From Nageia nagi (lineage: Eukaryota; Plantae; Pinophyta): a stretch of DNA of 64,000 nucleotides. A program made the position numbers and the translations under genes. Under the pieces are notes generated by a model, which was given only the letters and a program-made list of their open reading frames with translations, did no database searches and was not told where the DNA came from. The stretch spans positions 117,056,001 through 117,120,000 of the forward strand of contig JBITNC010000001.1 of the NCBI GenBank assembly GCA_050084985.1, read 5' to 3'. Each line of letters begins with the position of its first letter. The first letter of the stretch is position 1. This document shows, one piece after another, positions 1-11,825 of the stretch.

Positions 1-7
1 TTAACGC

Positions 8-300
8 TAGTCATGTGAGGAAATCGACAAGGGCCATGTGCTTCCTTGGAGATGAAAGAGTCCTAGACCATTTGATATGTTCATGATTTGTAAGGTACTT
101 AAGTACAATATGACAGACTTAAGTGGAAAACCTTATAACCATACACTTCCCTCTCTGTAATTAAATCTAGTCGTGAGGAAATTGACAAGGGCCATGTGCT
201 TCCTTGGGGATTAAGAATCTGAGATCATTTGATATGTTCATGATTTGTAAGGTACTTAAGTACAATATGAAAGACTTAAGTGGAAAACCTTATAACCATG
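8..300. repeat. Local tandem duplication, two ~135-nt copies about 157 nt apart
   Basis: gtgaggaaat(c/t)gacaagggccatgtgcttcctt...cttaagtggaaaaccttataaccat occurs at ~8-143 and ~167-299. Confidence 0.85.
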
Positions 301-530
301 CACATGCATATCAAGAGAAAATAAGCTCTAGACATAGAAATGCTAAATCACCCATGAGAGAAGCAAGTTCTTGCATGTTGCCTACTATATGTAGCTAGCT
401 ATCATCTCTTAGAAAAATAAAATAAAGCAAAAGAGTAAACACACACATAAGTACCATATTGCAAATGAATAAAGTTACATAAAGCATAGGCCCTAAAGCA
501 CATGCAAATCAGGTACAAATGTGTAAAATT

Positions 531-1949
531 CAATGTTCCATAGGGACGCGTTTCCTCTCCTCGAGAAGGCAATCCCGGCATTCCCCCATTTGGGAAACTC
601 AAGAATGCCTGGGGGAACGTTTCCCAATTGTTCCCTTTTTGGGGAACGGTCAGGAACATCTCCCAGGGGTGAGGGACCGTCCGCTGCCCATTCCTTCCTT
701 TTGGGAATGTCCAGGGAATACTTGCCCATCCCCGAGAATGGCTAGGGAATGCCTAGTCTTTCCTTGATCATTCCCGGAGATAGTTGGGTGTTTCCACTCA
801 AATATGGGTGTCACACTTCAAAAAAATAACAATAAAGCAAAAGCATCTACCATTAAAAAAAAAAACCCATGAAAAGCATGGGGGTGGGATCGACCAATGT
901 TCCCACCCCCTATAACCCTAAAAATATTGTTATAAACTTCACCCAATCATAATCACTTTTCATTGTGTGCAGCTGTGAAAGAAAAAATACAGCAGTAGAA
1001 GAAAAAGACAGCAGTGAGGAGAAAGAGAACAAGGAGGAGGAGAAAGACAGTACTGTAGAGGACAACAACCAAGGAGGAAAAGAAACACAAGTACAGCCCA
1101 AGGTTTTTCTGATTCACTACTTGTTTAATTTATTTGATTCTTTAAAAGAATCCAAAAAGAGTGATATTTAGAATTAAAATCAAAACTATGAGTCAGAATC
1201 AGAAATGGGGGTGAAAATGTGCAAGGAAAAGGAGAAAACATAGCTGAGGCATTAAACTTGTAGCAAAAAGAGAGAGTTGGTGATGCAGTGGCAACATTTT
1301 TTTATGCAAATGGCTTGCCTTTTCATCTTGCATGCTCACCTTACTTCAAGCATGCATTTAAGGAAGTAAGGTTGGCTAGTCTAGTTGCATGGTGCAATGT
1401 TGATCCAAAGGAGGTGGGCCAGCTTGAGGCTGATGATGATGATGATGCAGATTTGGTGATGTTTGGATTGCCATTGCAACTCTTCAGTCGGATGATGAGG
1501 GCATCTCATTAGATAGCTCAGCAGATGAGAAGGATACACCACCATTAGCACATGAGCCTATAGACTCATAGATCCATAGTTGTTATTTTGGCATTTTCAT
1601 TTTGTTATACTTATTTCACTATTTGACATACTCTTGTCAATGTCCACTCTATCTATTTGATTCAATGACATTATGATTCATATTATGTTATCAGATTTAT
1701 GATATGTCTTGAATTTCTAATTTCAATTCCAAATTTTCAATTTGTATACATGATTGAATTGATAATATGAATATCATAAAAATAATGAATTGGAAACAAT
1801 AAAATCTGAAAATTCCAATAATTTTTATTAGTATTATAATTGTTGTTCCTTTATTGTTCCCTGACATTCATCAAAAATGACCCCCTACGTTCCCCCATTC
1901 CCAGATACACATTCCCCTATATCCATGTTCCCAGTCATGTGGAACCTTG
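531..1949 (+). mobile_element. Non-autonomous hAT DNA transposon (internally deleted)
   Basis: Terminal inverted repeats (TIRs) caatgttcca / tggaaccttg; 8-bp TSD gtaaaatt/gtaaaatc; transposase remnant ATFFYANGLPFHLACSPYFK at 1288 resembling DUF659-type hATs. Confidence 0.8.
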
Positions 1950-3499
1950 GTAAAATCTAAATACTTTCATTTGATGGCAAATATCAAGATTAAAATGTAA
2001 AAAAATGTACATAATTGTCAAGCATAAAGAAAAACACACACAAAACAAATTAAATTATAATTTTGAAGACTGGAAACATAAATGAAGAAATTGAATACAT
2101 TATCACAACTTTCTAGAGACACCTTTTAAGGGTCTTAAGAATAAACTCAAAGTTTTCTTTTCTAGAAAATGTTAATGCTTTCTTGGCTTGGTTTATGATC
2201 CAGTATTTGTTACAATTTATGCAAACGTGGAATGATTTGCCAGCAATTTATCATTGGTCCATCTCGCTCACAATCTCCACTTAAAATAGATTATAAAGAA
2301 TCAAAAACAATGATAGCATAAAATTATATGATATTGTACACACAAAATAAAGAACAAAGTATTAAAAATATGTATAGGTTATTTATTTCTACAGAATGAA
2401 AATAAACTAATAGCGAAATGCAATATAGTATTTAGCAATTAGGATGACACAAAATTTACAAGAGGACTTACATAGAGTTCGCAAATTTGTAATGTCCCCT
2501 TTTGATTATTGTACTTAATTCTAGAATCCAACGGATTTCTCTTTGTACATATTTAATTATTAATTATGTTTTATTAGTTAGGACTTGGGATAGAAGACTT
2601 AATGGGTCACTGGACCCCACTATGAGACCCAAGTGGGGCATCTCCCTCCCAAGTAGTTTAGTATATTTTAATGCACTTGGAGATCCCGAAACATGATTGT
2701 AGGAATCCCAAGGTCTATTTAGCACTTAGAGCATGGATGAGCACTTAATGGCCCCAACGTTGAGGTTGGGAGCACTTGTACACATGCATCAACTTTGGGG
2801 AGACTTCTAGACCCCATGTTGGCCCATGACGCCCACATTGCCCTCCTAGATGCCCACGCACACCTCCTTGACCCATGCATGCATTCTTAGACCCACGTGG
2901 AGCATGAGGGAGGCCCAAATAGCCACGTTGGGCCTAGAATGACTCCTAGGTGTCATCGTTGAGGTTTGAGTGGACTAGGTGATGACATTGAGGTGAGATC
3001 CAGATCCAAGAAAGCTATATTAGCCCTTGGAGCCTTATTGTTGGATATACAGATTATTGACTATACACTTAGCATCCAAAGGAAAGAAGTCTTGGCACAA
3101 CGTCAAACAACATCCCTAAGTGCAGCATCTAGAATCGTTGAGAGGATGATGGATCATGTTAATCTACGGCTTTGGTGTAGCACCCTAGACTATCCGATGA
3201 TATTCCGAGGTCATGCTTCTACCATTTAGTTGGTCGCCAGGGTTTTGTTGTGACTAAAACACAACAGGCAAGATTTTGGGGTCCTTCAACACCTCATGTA
3301 AATACTTTGTCATGTTGTAGTCTTGTCCAACCCAAGTGATATCGCAAGACCTAGATTCAAGCACAAGCCCCTCAAGTTCAAGCCTCATCTTTCGTCTAGA
3401 ATCAGTCATACCAAGCTAAAAGTGTGAAATTCTTCCCAAAAATAGCTAAGTCGAGAAATTGAAAGTCGACCCTAGGTCAAGCCAAACTAGGTCACTCCT

Positions 3500-4430
3500 A
3501 GGGCTGGCGCATGATTTCAGAAGACAAAATCTTGACTTTTTGAAACATGCAATTGGGTTAGGGAGCCAGCCAGACTGAAGTTGAGACTCGAAAAGGAAAT
3601 CTGGGCCACTTTCAAGCCCAATCCATGCCTCCAAAAGACAAAATCTTGTCTCTTTGGAGCATGTGCCAAGGATAGGGAGCAAACTAGACCGGAATGAAGC
3701 TTGAAAAAGATAAGGCAAAGACACTTCAAGGCTAGCGCATGATTTCAAAAGACAAAATCTTGTTTTTTTGAACCATGCGACCAAACTAGAAGGAGGAGCA
3801 GGGCAAGTTTGAAGACCAAGAAGTGAACCCTAGGCATCCAAGAGGTTGGCGCATGCCTCAAAAAGACAAAATCTTGTCTTTTTGAATCATGCATCTAACC
3901 CAGAAAAGCTTCCAATTTGTTTGAAGATGAAAAATCGGTTAAGGAGGGCTAGCGCATGATTTCAGAAGGCAAGTTTTTGACTTTTTGAACCATGCACTAG
4001 ACCCAAGAAGCCTCTAGGATAGAACGAAGGTGAAAATTTTGGCAAAGGCACGGAGAAAAGAATATGCAAAAACGATAAATTGGCCATCTAGAGGCTAGCG
4101 CATGATTCAAAAAGACAAAAACTATCTTTTTGAACCATGTGACCAAGATGGAAGAGCAGGAGAGGCTGGCGCATGCCTAAAAAGACAAACATGACTTTTT
4201 GAATCATGCGCCAAGCTTGGGGGGTGCCCAAGATGAGATGAAAGATGAAATTCAACAAGCCTAGGCACCAGAAAGACCAAAAATCAGGCAAGATCAGGTC
4301 AAAGTGTGAGCTTCAGGTTCAAGATGAGCAAGTGAGCAAAGAAGGCCAACGAGGGTAGAGCACTCACCCCCAAGGCTGGCGCATGACCCAGAAAGACACA
4401 ATCTTGTTTTTTTACGCATGCGCCAATCCT
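3500..4430. repeat. Array of ~8 imperfect ~45-bp palindromes in B1
   Basis: gcgcatg..tcaaaagacaaaatcttgtctttttgaa.catgc near 3506, 3624, 3735, 3848, 3952, 4097, 4168, 4379. Confidence 0.85.
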
Positions 4431-4582
4431 TAAAGAGCTTTGAAACTCCCATATCTGGTTCGAGCCAACTTGACATGAAAATTTGGCTTAGGCACACATC
4501 CCGAGGTCAGCCAGATGGATGGTTGAGAAGAATTCCCCTCCTTGACCCAACCGACTAGGGTTTGTTGGAAGCCAGTTTTGGC

Positions 4583-4590
4583 TATAAGTA
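4583..4590 (+). promoter_or_regulatory. Candidate TATA box upstream of the B-element ORF
   Basis: TATAAGTA ~220 nt before ATG 4809; TATAAATA at comparable positions in B2 (17044-17051, -) and B3 (25919-25926, -). Confidence 0.45.
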
Positions 4591-4808
4591 CAAGCCTGGG
4601 GACTTCATTTTCTCAAATCCGAAATTCACTCCTCTTCTACTTTTGCACCAAAATAGCAGGAAATAGCAAAATTTTGAGTTTGGATTCCATCATACTTTAT
4701 CCTAGGGCTTGCGCAAGCATTTGGGAGGCAATCCAATCATACTTCATCCTTCACCACTTGGAAACCCTCGCATCACCCTTGAGAGACTTTGTTGCAAGCC
4801 TGAACACC

Positions 4809-7800
4809 ATGACTACTTCCAAAGGCAATTCGGCTTCGGACTTTGCTAGGGACCTCAAGCCGTTGAGACAAGATTGCATCATCACCATCTGTGATAGACA
4901 AGACTCACTTCCCCAAGGGGCCAGATTCTCGAGGAACGGTTTTTCTACCATCGAAGACACAGATTGGCAAGACGTTGACCCGATGCAAATGAGGGAGAAA
5001 ATACGTGGGCTGCCCACCACCGACCTCAAACAAGACATCGTCTTCTTCTCCAAGCTCTCCACTTATGCATTTGTCCCCTTCACAGCTCTGTTACCCGAAT
5101 TGTGCATGGAGGTCGGTCACCACTGGAAGAAGGGAGGGAGAGTCCTCCATGACATCAAAGGAGACATCATCATGGACTTCAACCCCAACGCCATCAAAAC
5201 GGCATTCCAATGGACTTCTGAGGGAAATTTCGAGTATAGTGAAGCTAAGTCACTGGCATGCTACTAGGAGACCCACAAGGCTTCCGTGGCAATCAAGAGC
5301 TAGATGTTGGATGAGCATAATGGGCTAAAGGGGAACGCTCTCATAAATGCTCCTCGTTCCAATTTCTACCCTTCAGTTGAGTTAATGATCTTGATGTTGT
5401 CTAGAGTTCTCGGGAAAGAAGATGCTTCCAAATTAAAAAAAAAGTTCCTCGGCTTCATTATCGAAATTGCTAGAGGGAAAAGGATTAGGTGGAGCAAGGT
5501 GTTGAGTGACACAATCGCTGATCAGTTATCATCCATAGGCACCACTCGCAAATTCTACCTCAATTCATACCTAGTGTATATGTTGCATCACGGCAAGTAC
5601 AAGGCCACGACGAAAGGAGAATCAACACTGATCAAGAAAGGGACCTATGCCATTTGGAAATGCTACACCAAATGGAAGCTTGAGAGGAGATGGGATAGTT
5701 TCACCATGAAGAACAATGGATGGGAGTATGAGATCTACAAGGAGCTCAAAGGAGAAATCATAGTGACGAGGATCTCTAACTCAACCCAAGACGTATTGAA
5801 GAAGAATGGGGTCTTCTTCCTCCATCACCAACACTATTCCTATATCAAAATTCATGGGTCAGTCGTGCATCCATACCAATTGCCAAGATTCGTGAGCAAC
5901 AAATTGCTTCTTATGAAGATGATGAGGCAATTGGCCTATCTACATGAACAGGTGTGGCAAAAGAAATAGGCTACTTCAAATTTGCCAATTATAGTAGGTG
6001 AATACCAATGTAAGTCTTGGGCGGACGTTGATACTATGAAGGAAGAGTTGGCAAAATTTAACTTCAAGAAGATGCATGTTGCCGACCATTATGACCTTGA
6101 CCACAGGATGCACCAGTTCTTCATGAACGAAAGGAAGAAAGCATATGAGCACAAACCACTTCGACAAGAGGAACCTTTCCGAAATGTGAGCAATGAGGTA
6201 GAGATAAGGAGGATTCGTTAAAAGATGCATAAGGATGCCCATGATTAGCAACACCTTGTTAAGGCCACTATCAACAAGAGATTGTCACAACAGAAGAGAA
6301 GAAAACCCAAGAGTCCACTTCCAGGGTTACCCAGTTTCCTCCCACAATTGAAGCACCAGTTGGACAGTGTGCATAAATGCATGGCAAGAATCCAATGGAA
6401 CAAGTAGTACAAGTCAGGAGCATCGTTGATGAGCATGACGTGAGAGAGTTGGAACGTGTGGCCACTGAGAAGATGGTGAGGTGTGTCAGAAACAGAGAAA
6501 AGGATCCATCTCCGCCATCCAAACCACCTAGAGAAGCTGCAGATCCATCACCAATCATTCCACCATCTGGATCTTCATCATCTAGTCCCATGTACAGAAC
6601 TAATGAAAGTCAAGAGGGAGAAGTAGGAGAGTCAAAAGGTGAACATGAGGCAAATGTTGTGCAACACAACGACATACCAGATACACAGCAAGAAGACGGA
6701 TCCTTGGAGATAGTGAAGGTAGTCCAGAATCCCATCGCTTCCAAACCATCCACAGAGAAGGGTAAGGGACCAGCCTCAAAGATAGTACAGAGAAGAGCCT
6801 AGTTGAAGAGGACTTCACAGTCACGGACGAAAGAAACCTCCAAGGAGCTTGGGGAAGACGAAGCAAGACCCTTGAAAAGGGCCAAGAAAAGTACCACCAC
6901 CGTTTAGGAAGCAGTTGTTGAAACTTATCAGCCATCAGCCACAGATGAGTGGGGCGTTAATATGGAGGAGTGTTTAGATGTGTTCAACATGGATGTCGAA
7001 GAGGAGTTCGAGGCAAGAGAGAAGAATGATCCGAATGGAGAAAGTTCCACTCGCCCAAGTAAGACCTAGACATTTGTGCATTTGGCTGATAATGCGATTC
7101 ACATCAAAACCATAATCGCTGATAAGGACAATCCACAATGCCCCGAAGACCTTAAGAAGATCAACCAAATCATCAATACACGTCCTATTGGTTTGGCTGG
7201 TCGGAAACATGCAATCATCTCCAACACTGAGGCAATTATCAAAGATGGGATGATGAAAGAAAAGGAGATTAAAAGCCTCATGAAGAAGTTAGTTGCACAA
7301 AAGAAATTGACTAGAGAATTAGAGTCAACTAAGGTGCCCACGGAGGAGCTTCAAAAGATAAAACCACTTAAAGAGGGCATGACTGTAGTGAAACAGGAAG
7401 AAATTGATGAGATCTTGGTAGTAGTACAGCAGTTCATTCGTGCACTGCAAAGGGTAGCGTTTGAAGAGCAGAAGCTTAAGGACATTATGGTAGAGAGCGC
7501 CAACCTTCTCATGGATTCTCGAAGGCCCATGATCATGAAATTCGAGATGACACGGGATCAGAGACCCGAAGATGTGAAGTTTTGTGAAAAATACTGGTTC
7601 TAATTAGGTATCGTCATTCCGATAGCCACACGTTTCTAGGAGGTGCAAAAGGAGGTAGAGAAACTCAATGACAAGAGTGAGACACTTCCTTCACAACCTG
7701 ATCATGACCGATGATGTTAACACCTACCAAACTGGGAGTCACCTAAAGCACTTGCTTAGAGCTCATGCTTGCAAAAATGATATGCAGAGGATGGTACACA

Positions 7801-7931
7801 AGGTTGGACACTGCATTGCTAGGAACGGGCCAAAGTTGTCAAAGATGTTGCATGGGTTGGAACTCACGGCAAAGTTCCTGGATGAAGATTTTGAGGGACG
7901 CGTTGAGGCTTTGGGCCCACATCCACCTTAG
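4809..7931 (+). pseudogene. Decayed ~1000-codon ORF of unknown function in B1
   Basis: ORF fragments 4542-5267, 5304-5969 and 5982-6221 share a frame, then 6377-6802, 7076-7603 and 7668-7931 after frameshifts; homologous to the B2 and B3 ORFs. Confidence 0.8.
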
Positions 7932-10900
7932 TCACAATTTTCATAGCTTGTGGTGTTATTTTCTAGAATAGACACTTATTTTTATAAAATACTTTTATTA
8001 TATTTGTTATTCAATTCCCCAAGCTTGTGATAGATGAGGATTTGCTCCCACAAGCATGGATGACATTTTGTAATGTCATGTGGCAGGTTTTGATTTGTCC
8101 ATTTGTAATTTCTTTCCTATTGAAATTAGGGTTAGGGCAACATTTAGGGTTGCCAGGAAACCTATTTATAGCCCATTTGGTCTCATTTATAGGGGATTAG
8201 GCATTCTTGCAAATTGGACAACTTAATACTTTCAAGCTCGCAAGTTTTCTCAATTTGTGAATGTGATATACTCCAAGTAATTGAATTGTGAATGATCTCA
8301 TTTGAAACTATGAATGTGAATGGGTGTTACTTTCTTATGCTATCTTGAATACTTGGTGCATTTCGTAAATTTGGTTTAAGGTGGACAAAAGAATGCTTGA
8401 ACATTCTTGAAAGTACTTCAAGTAACGCATGGTTATGTAATGATTCATAGTTTACACTTAGAACTTTTACACTTTAAGATGGCTCCCATACGTCGCTTAG
8501 TATAGGAACTTCACTTCCTTGATCAAGGTCTACCCACGTTTCACCTCTTTTACCTCCATCAACTTAGCTTCGAGCTCCTTTTGTTAGGTCATTTGTGTTA
8601 TTACCCAACAAATTGGATTCGGAATGCATGGAACCCATGACAAGCCCACGAGAGTTGAATCTTAAAACCTGTACCAGTTGGTGAGAACATTGAGCTCTTG
8701 TGTTGAATTCAAATATCATTGTCTTCTCAATCTTTTTCTTTTATTTCTATTTTTTTTTGCACGGCTTTCACAACCACATTTTCCTTTTTCTTTTGAGAAA
8801 CAACAATTTCTAGAGACAGGGACCCTTCAAGTCCTTGGTTAACAAATTGTATTTGAGTTGGAGATAGCTTGAAACATCTCAACCGATCACCTAAGCAACC
8901 TCTTGCACACCCATCACTAAACCTTTGTAACTAGTCCGCATAGCAGGTAGGGGTCATGCCCTATCACTAAGGTGTTGGTGTCTTTTTACAGGCCTTGCAA
9001 GTTCAATTGCCTATTAGCAAGGTAGGAAAGAAAAAGCCCCAAGCAAGTTTAAGGAGGGCTCCTTCGGTGGAGAGGATTCAAATTCTGAGGGAGTGAAGCT
9101 GTCCCATGCAGTATTTTGTCTGTCCAGCAATAGAGACATTCGTTGTGCCCTAGTTGGCTCCTTAGAGGCCAATGTTGAGCCCATTGGGCTTGGTATTGTA
9201 TTTGTATTCATTCTACGTCATTAATGCAAGTTGTGGGCTATTGGACCTCATATTTGTGTTGAGCATACTTGTCTATTGGCATCATTTCATTATCTTTACA
9301 TGTATGTGAATGTATGAACCAAACGTTGGCATTGTGAGGTCTTATTCACTTGTGTCTCATGCCCTAACCCAATCGTTGGCAAATTGGGGTGTTTGATGCT
9401 TGTTGATGCCCTTCTAGACCAAACGTAGGTGCTTGATTAAGAGAATTTGCTTAATTGTATGTGAAATTGCATTTAGGCTTTTATAAAAATCAAAGGCAAG
9501 TTGTGATCTTGGAGGACGAATCCTAGCATTCTAGAAATAACTTGTGCTAGACTAGATTGGATTCAACTCTTAGGACTGCTTCAAGGTCAATCTAGATAGA
9601 GACCAAATCTTGCATGTTTTCGGGCAGATGTCCCAAAATGCCCACATTTTATAATAGAGTCTAATACATCCATGGGGCCTCACAAAGTTTTAATGCATGG
9701 TGACCTCTGATTGATGTGTCTTGCAACTTTTTGCATGATTCTAGAGTTTGCTAGCAAAATTGGGCTTTAATACCTAAAACTCTGACTTAAAGAAAAGCTT
9801 TGAAGATTATGATGAATCTAGCAAAAGATATTAGAGCTCTAATATTTTTGAGGTCAAGAGTATGCACAACCTTGGATGTCAAATTCCAAGATCCTTGAAT
9901 GTGTCATTTTCTTTTGCTTTATATAGATTTGATCAATTTAATCTTGAATTCGCATTAGTGTAATTATATACACGGGCATAGGATAATGGAGACGAACAAT
10001 ACAATATGAGATCCAATGCCCCAACAGTTGTATAGAAGATATGAAATGAACAACGATACAATGCCAAGCTCCTAGAACTGGATGTTGGCCTCCAAGGAGC
10101 CAACTAGGGTTAATCGTATATCTTTAATGCTGGACGAACTAGAAGAACCATGGGATAGCCTCGCTCCCTCAGAACCTGAATCCTCTCCATCGAAGGAGCC
10201 CTCCTGTGATCCTAGCGGCCAACTGAATGGCAGAAGCTTAACCTCAGAATACCACCGGATGGGCAAGGGTGTTGCACCAATGTTGTAGATGATCAGAATC
10301 CCTCAGCTTGAACCCTCCTAGATGTTGCACCTAGGAGATTGCTTAGCGCCGCTAAGTCTTGTTGTCCTTTGGACAATATGAAGTATAATAATAATCAAGT
10401 ATATCCAACAATGAGCCTCCAATGCGTCTTTATACACTCAACTTTGTCTGGATCTCACCTAGGAGTCATTACCCGACTTCTTAGTCCCAACATTAGCCTC
10501 CTAGGGGCCCAGAATGCCCAACGTGGGTGCCTAGGGGTCAAGCATGCCAACGTGGGGGTCTAGGAGTGCCACGCATGCCCAACGTGGGTCTGGGAGCCAT
10601 GCATGGGGTCTAGGTGTCATAACGGGCCAACGTGGGGGTCTAGGAGTCTCCACAAGGCTGGTGCATATATACAAGTGCTCATCCATCCACTTAAGTGTAA
10701 AACAGACCTTGGGATTCCCTCAATCAAGATCAGGATCTCCAAGTATAATAAAACACCTAATCTACACTTGGGATGGAGACGTCCCACTTGGGACTCACAA
10801 TGGGGTCCATTGACCCATTAAGTCTTCTATCCCAAGTTACAATATGAAAGTACAATTAAGTAAGAAAATATATTACAAAGGGGAATCTGTTGGATACCAT

Positions 10901-11329
10901 AATTATTTTCAATAATAAAAGGGGGTCGTCACAAAGCCTCCCCTCTCGAATTGCTTGCCCTCAAGCAATGATGGAAGACTGCAGCATATTGTTTTCCAAC
11001 AATCCTTCACTCTGGTAGACTGTAACCTATCATGGTGGAATACAACTTCAATATCTTCTTCCCATGATGATAGTCTGGTGCGAGCTACTGACTTTGTGTT
11101 TCCATGCATCATCAATGCATACGAAAACTCCGATTTGTTGTAACTGTCACTCCTCTTTAGTTGTTCAATGGCTATCTTCAGAAAGCATAGGAGTGTAGTG
11201 AAGCCTCCGACAAGATGTACCTGCAAGAACCTCAAGTAAATCTTGGGTAAGTGGAAACAAATGGAACCTTTGCTCCCTGTATGAGGCCAGGTCACTTCAA
11301 AGCTCAACTTGGAGTTCCAAACTCCCTCA

Positions 11330-11825
11330 ATGGCCAGTGTGAAGCAAAAAACCTCCACATCCTCCAACGTGGGGTACCAAGTTGCCTTCAAGCTCATCGT
11401 CCCACTCCTTATCTCCCATGTACGCCACATGGGAAATAGAAAATCCCTCATACCCAACGTTGAGTATCCAACCTCCCTAGGATTCAATACTGGATGACAA
11501 GCCTCCCTAAAGCCTAACATGGGGGATAGAAGCGTCTCAAGGCTCCACGTGAGAAGTCCAACCTCTCCAAAGCTCAACGTGGGGTATTCGTCGTTGCCAA
11601 TGCCAAACATGAGGTGTCCAACTCCTCCAAGGCTCAATGTGAGGTATCCATCCCCTCCAATGTCTGATGTGGGGTATCCAGCCTCTCCAAGGCCCAACGT
11701 GAGGTGTCCATCTCCTCCAAGACCCAACGTGGGGTGTCCATCCTCCTCAAAACCCAACGTGAGGTATCTAGCCTTCTCAAGGCCCAACGTACGGTGCAGG
11801 AGGTCCTCCAAGCTCAACATGCAAA
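11330..11825. repeat. 39-bp tandem repeat (~12 units) inside the family-A internal region
   Basis: ccaacgtg(g/a)ggt(g/a)tcca.cctc.ccaagg units; translated as 13-aa repeats in ORFs 10909-12174 (-) and 11519-11866 (+). Confidence 0.85.

Larger units (their letters stand above)
3246..9045 (+). mobile_element. Giant ORF-carrying solo-LTR-like element, copy B1 (5.8 kb)
   Basis: Ends TGTTGTGAC...CCCCAAGCA; 5-bp TSD ggttt/agttt; interrupts LTR A cleanly; colinear with B2; no gag/pol motifs. Confidence 0.85.
2488..9906 (+). mobile_element. Ty3 LTR (family A), split by insertion of element B1 at 3245/9051; right end approximate
   Basis: Starts tgtaatgtcccc; ccccacgttgg repeats; ...ttggtcgccagggttt(3245) rejoins aaggagggctccttcgg(9051), matching the uninterrupted inverted copy at ~10140-10280; no convincing TSD. 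Confidence 0.7.

Noticed and set aside
3500-4430. Palindromic repeats with variable spacers resemble a CRISPR array
   Set aside because: Eukaryotic intron, no cas genes, degenerate repeats, irregular spacing, and the array is part of a multicopy TSD-bounded element
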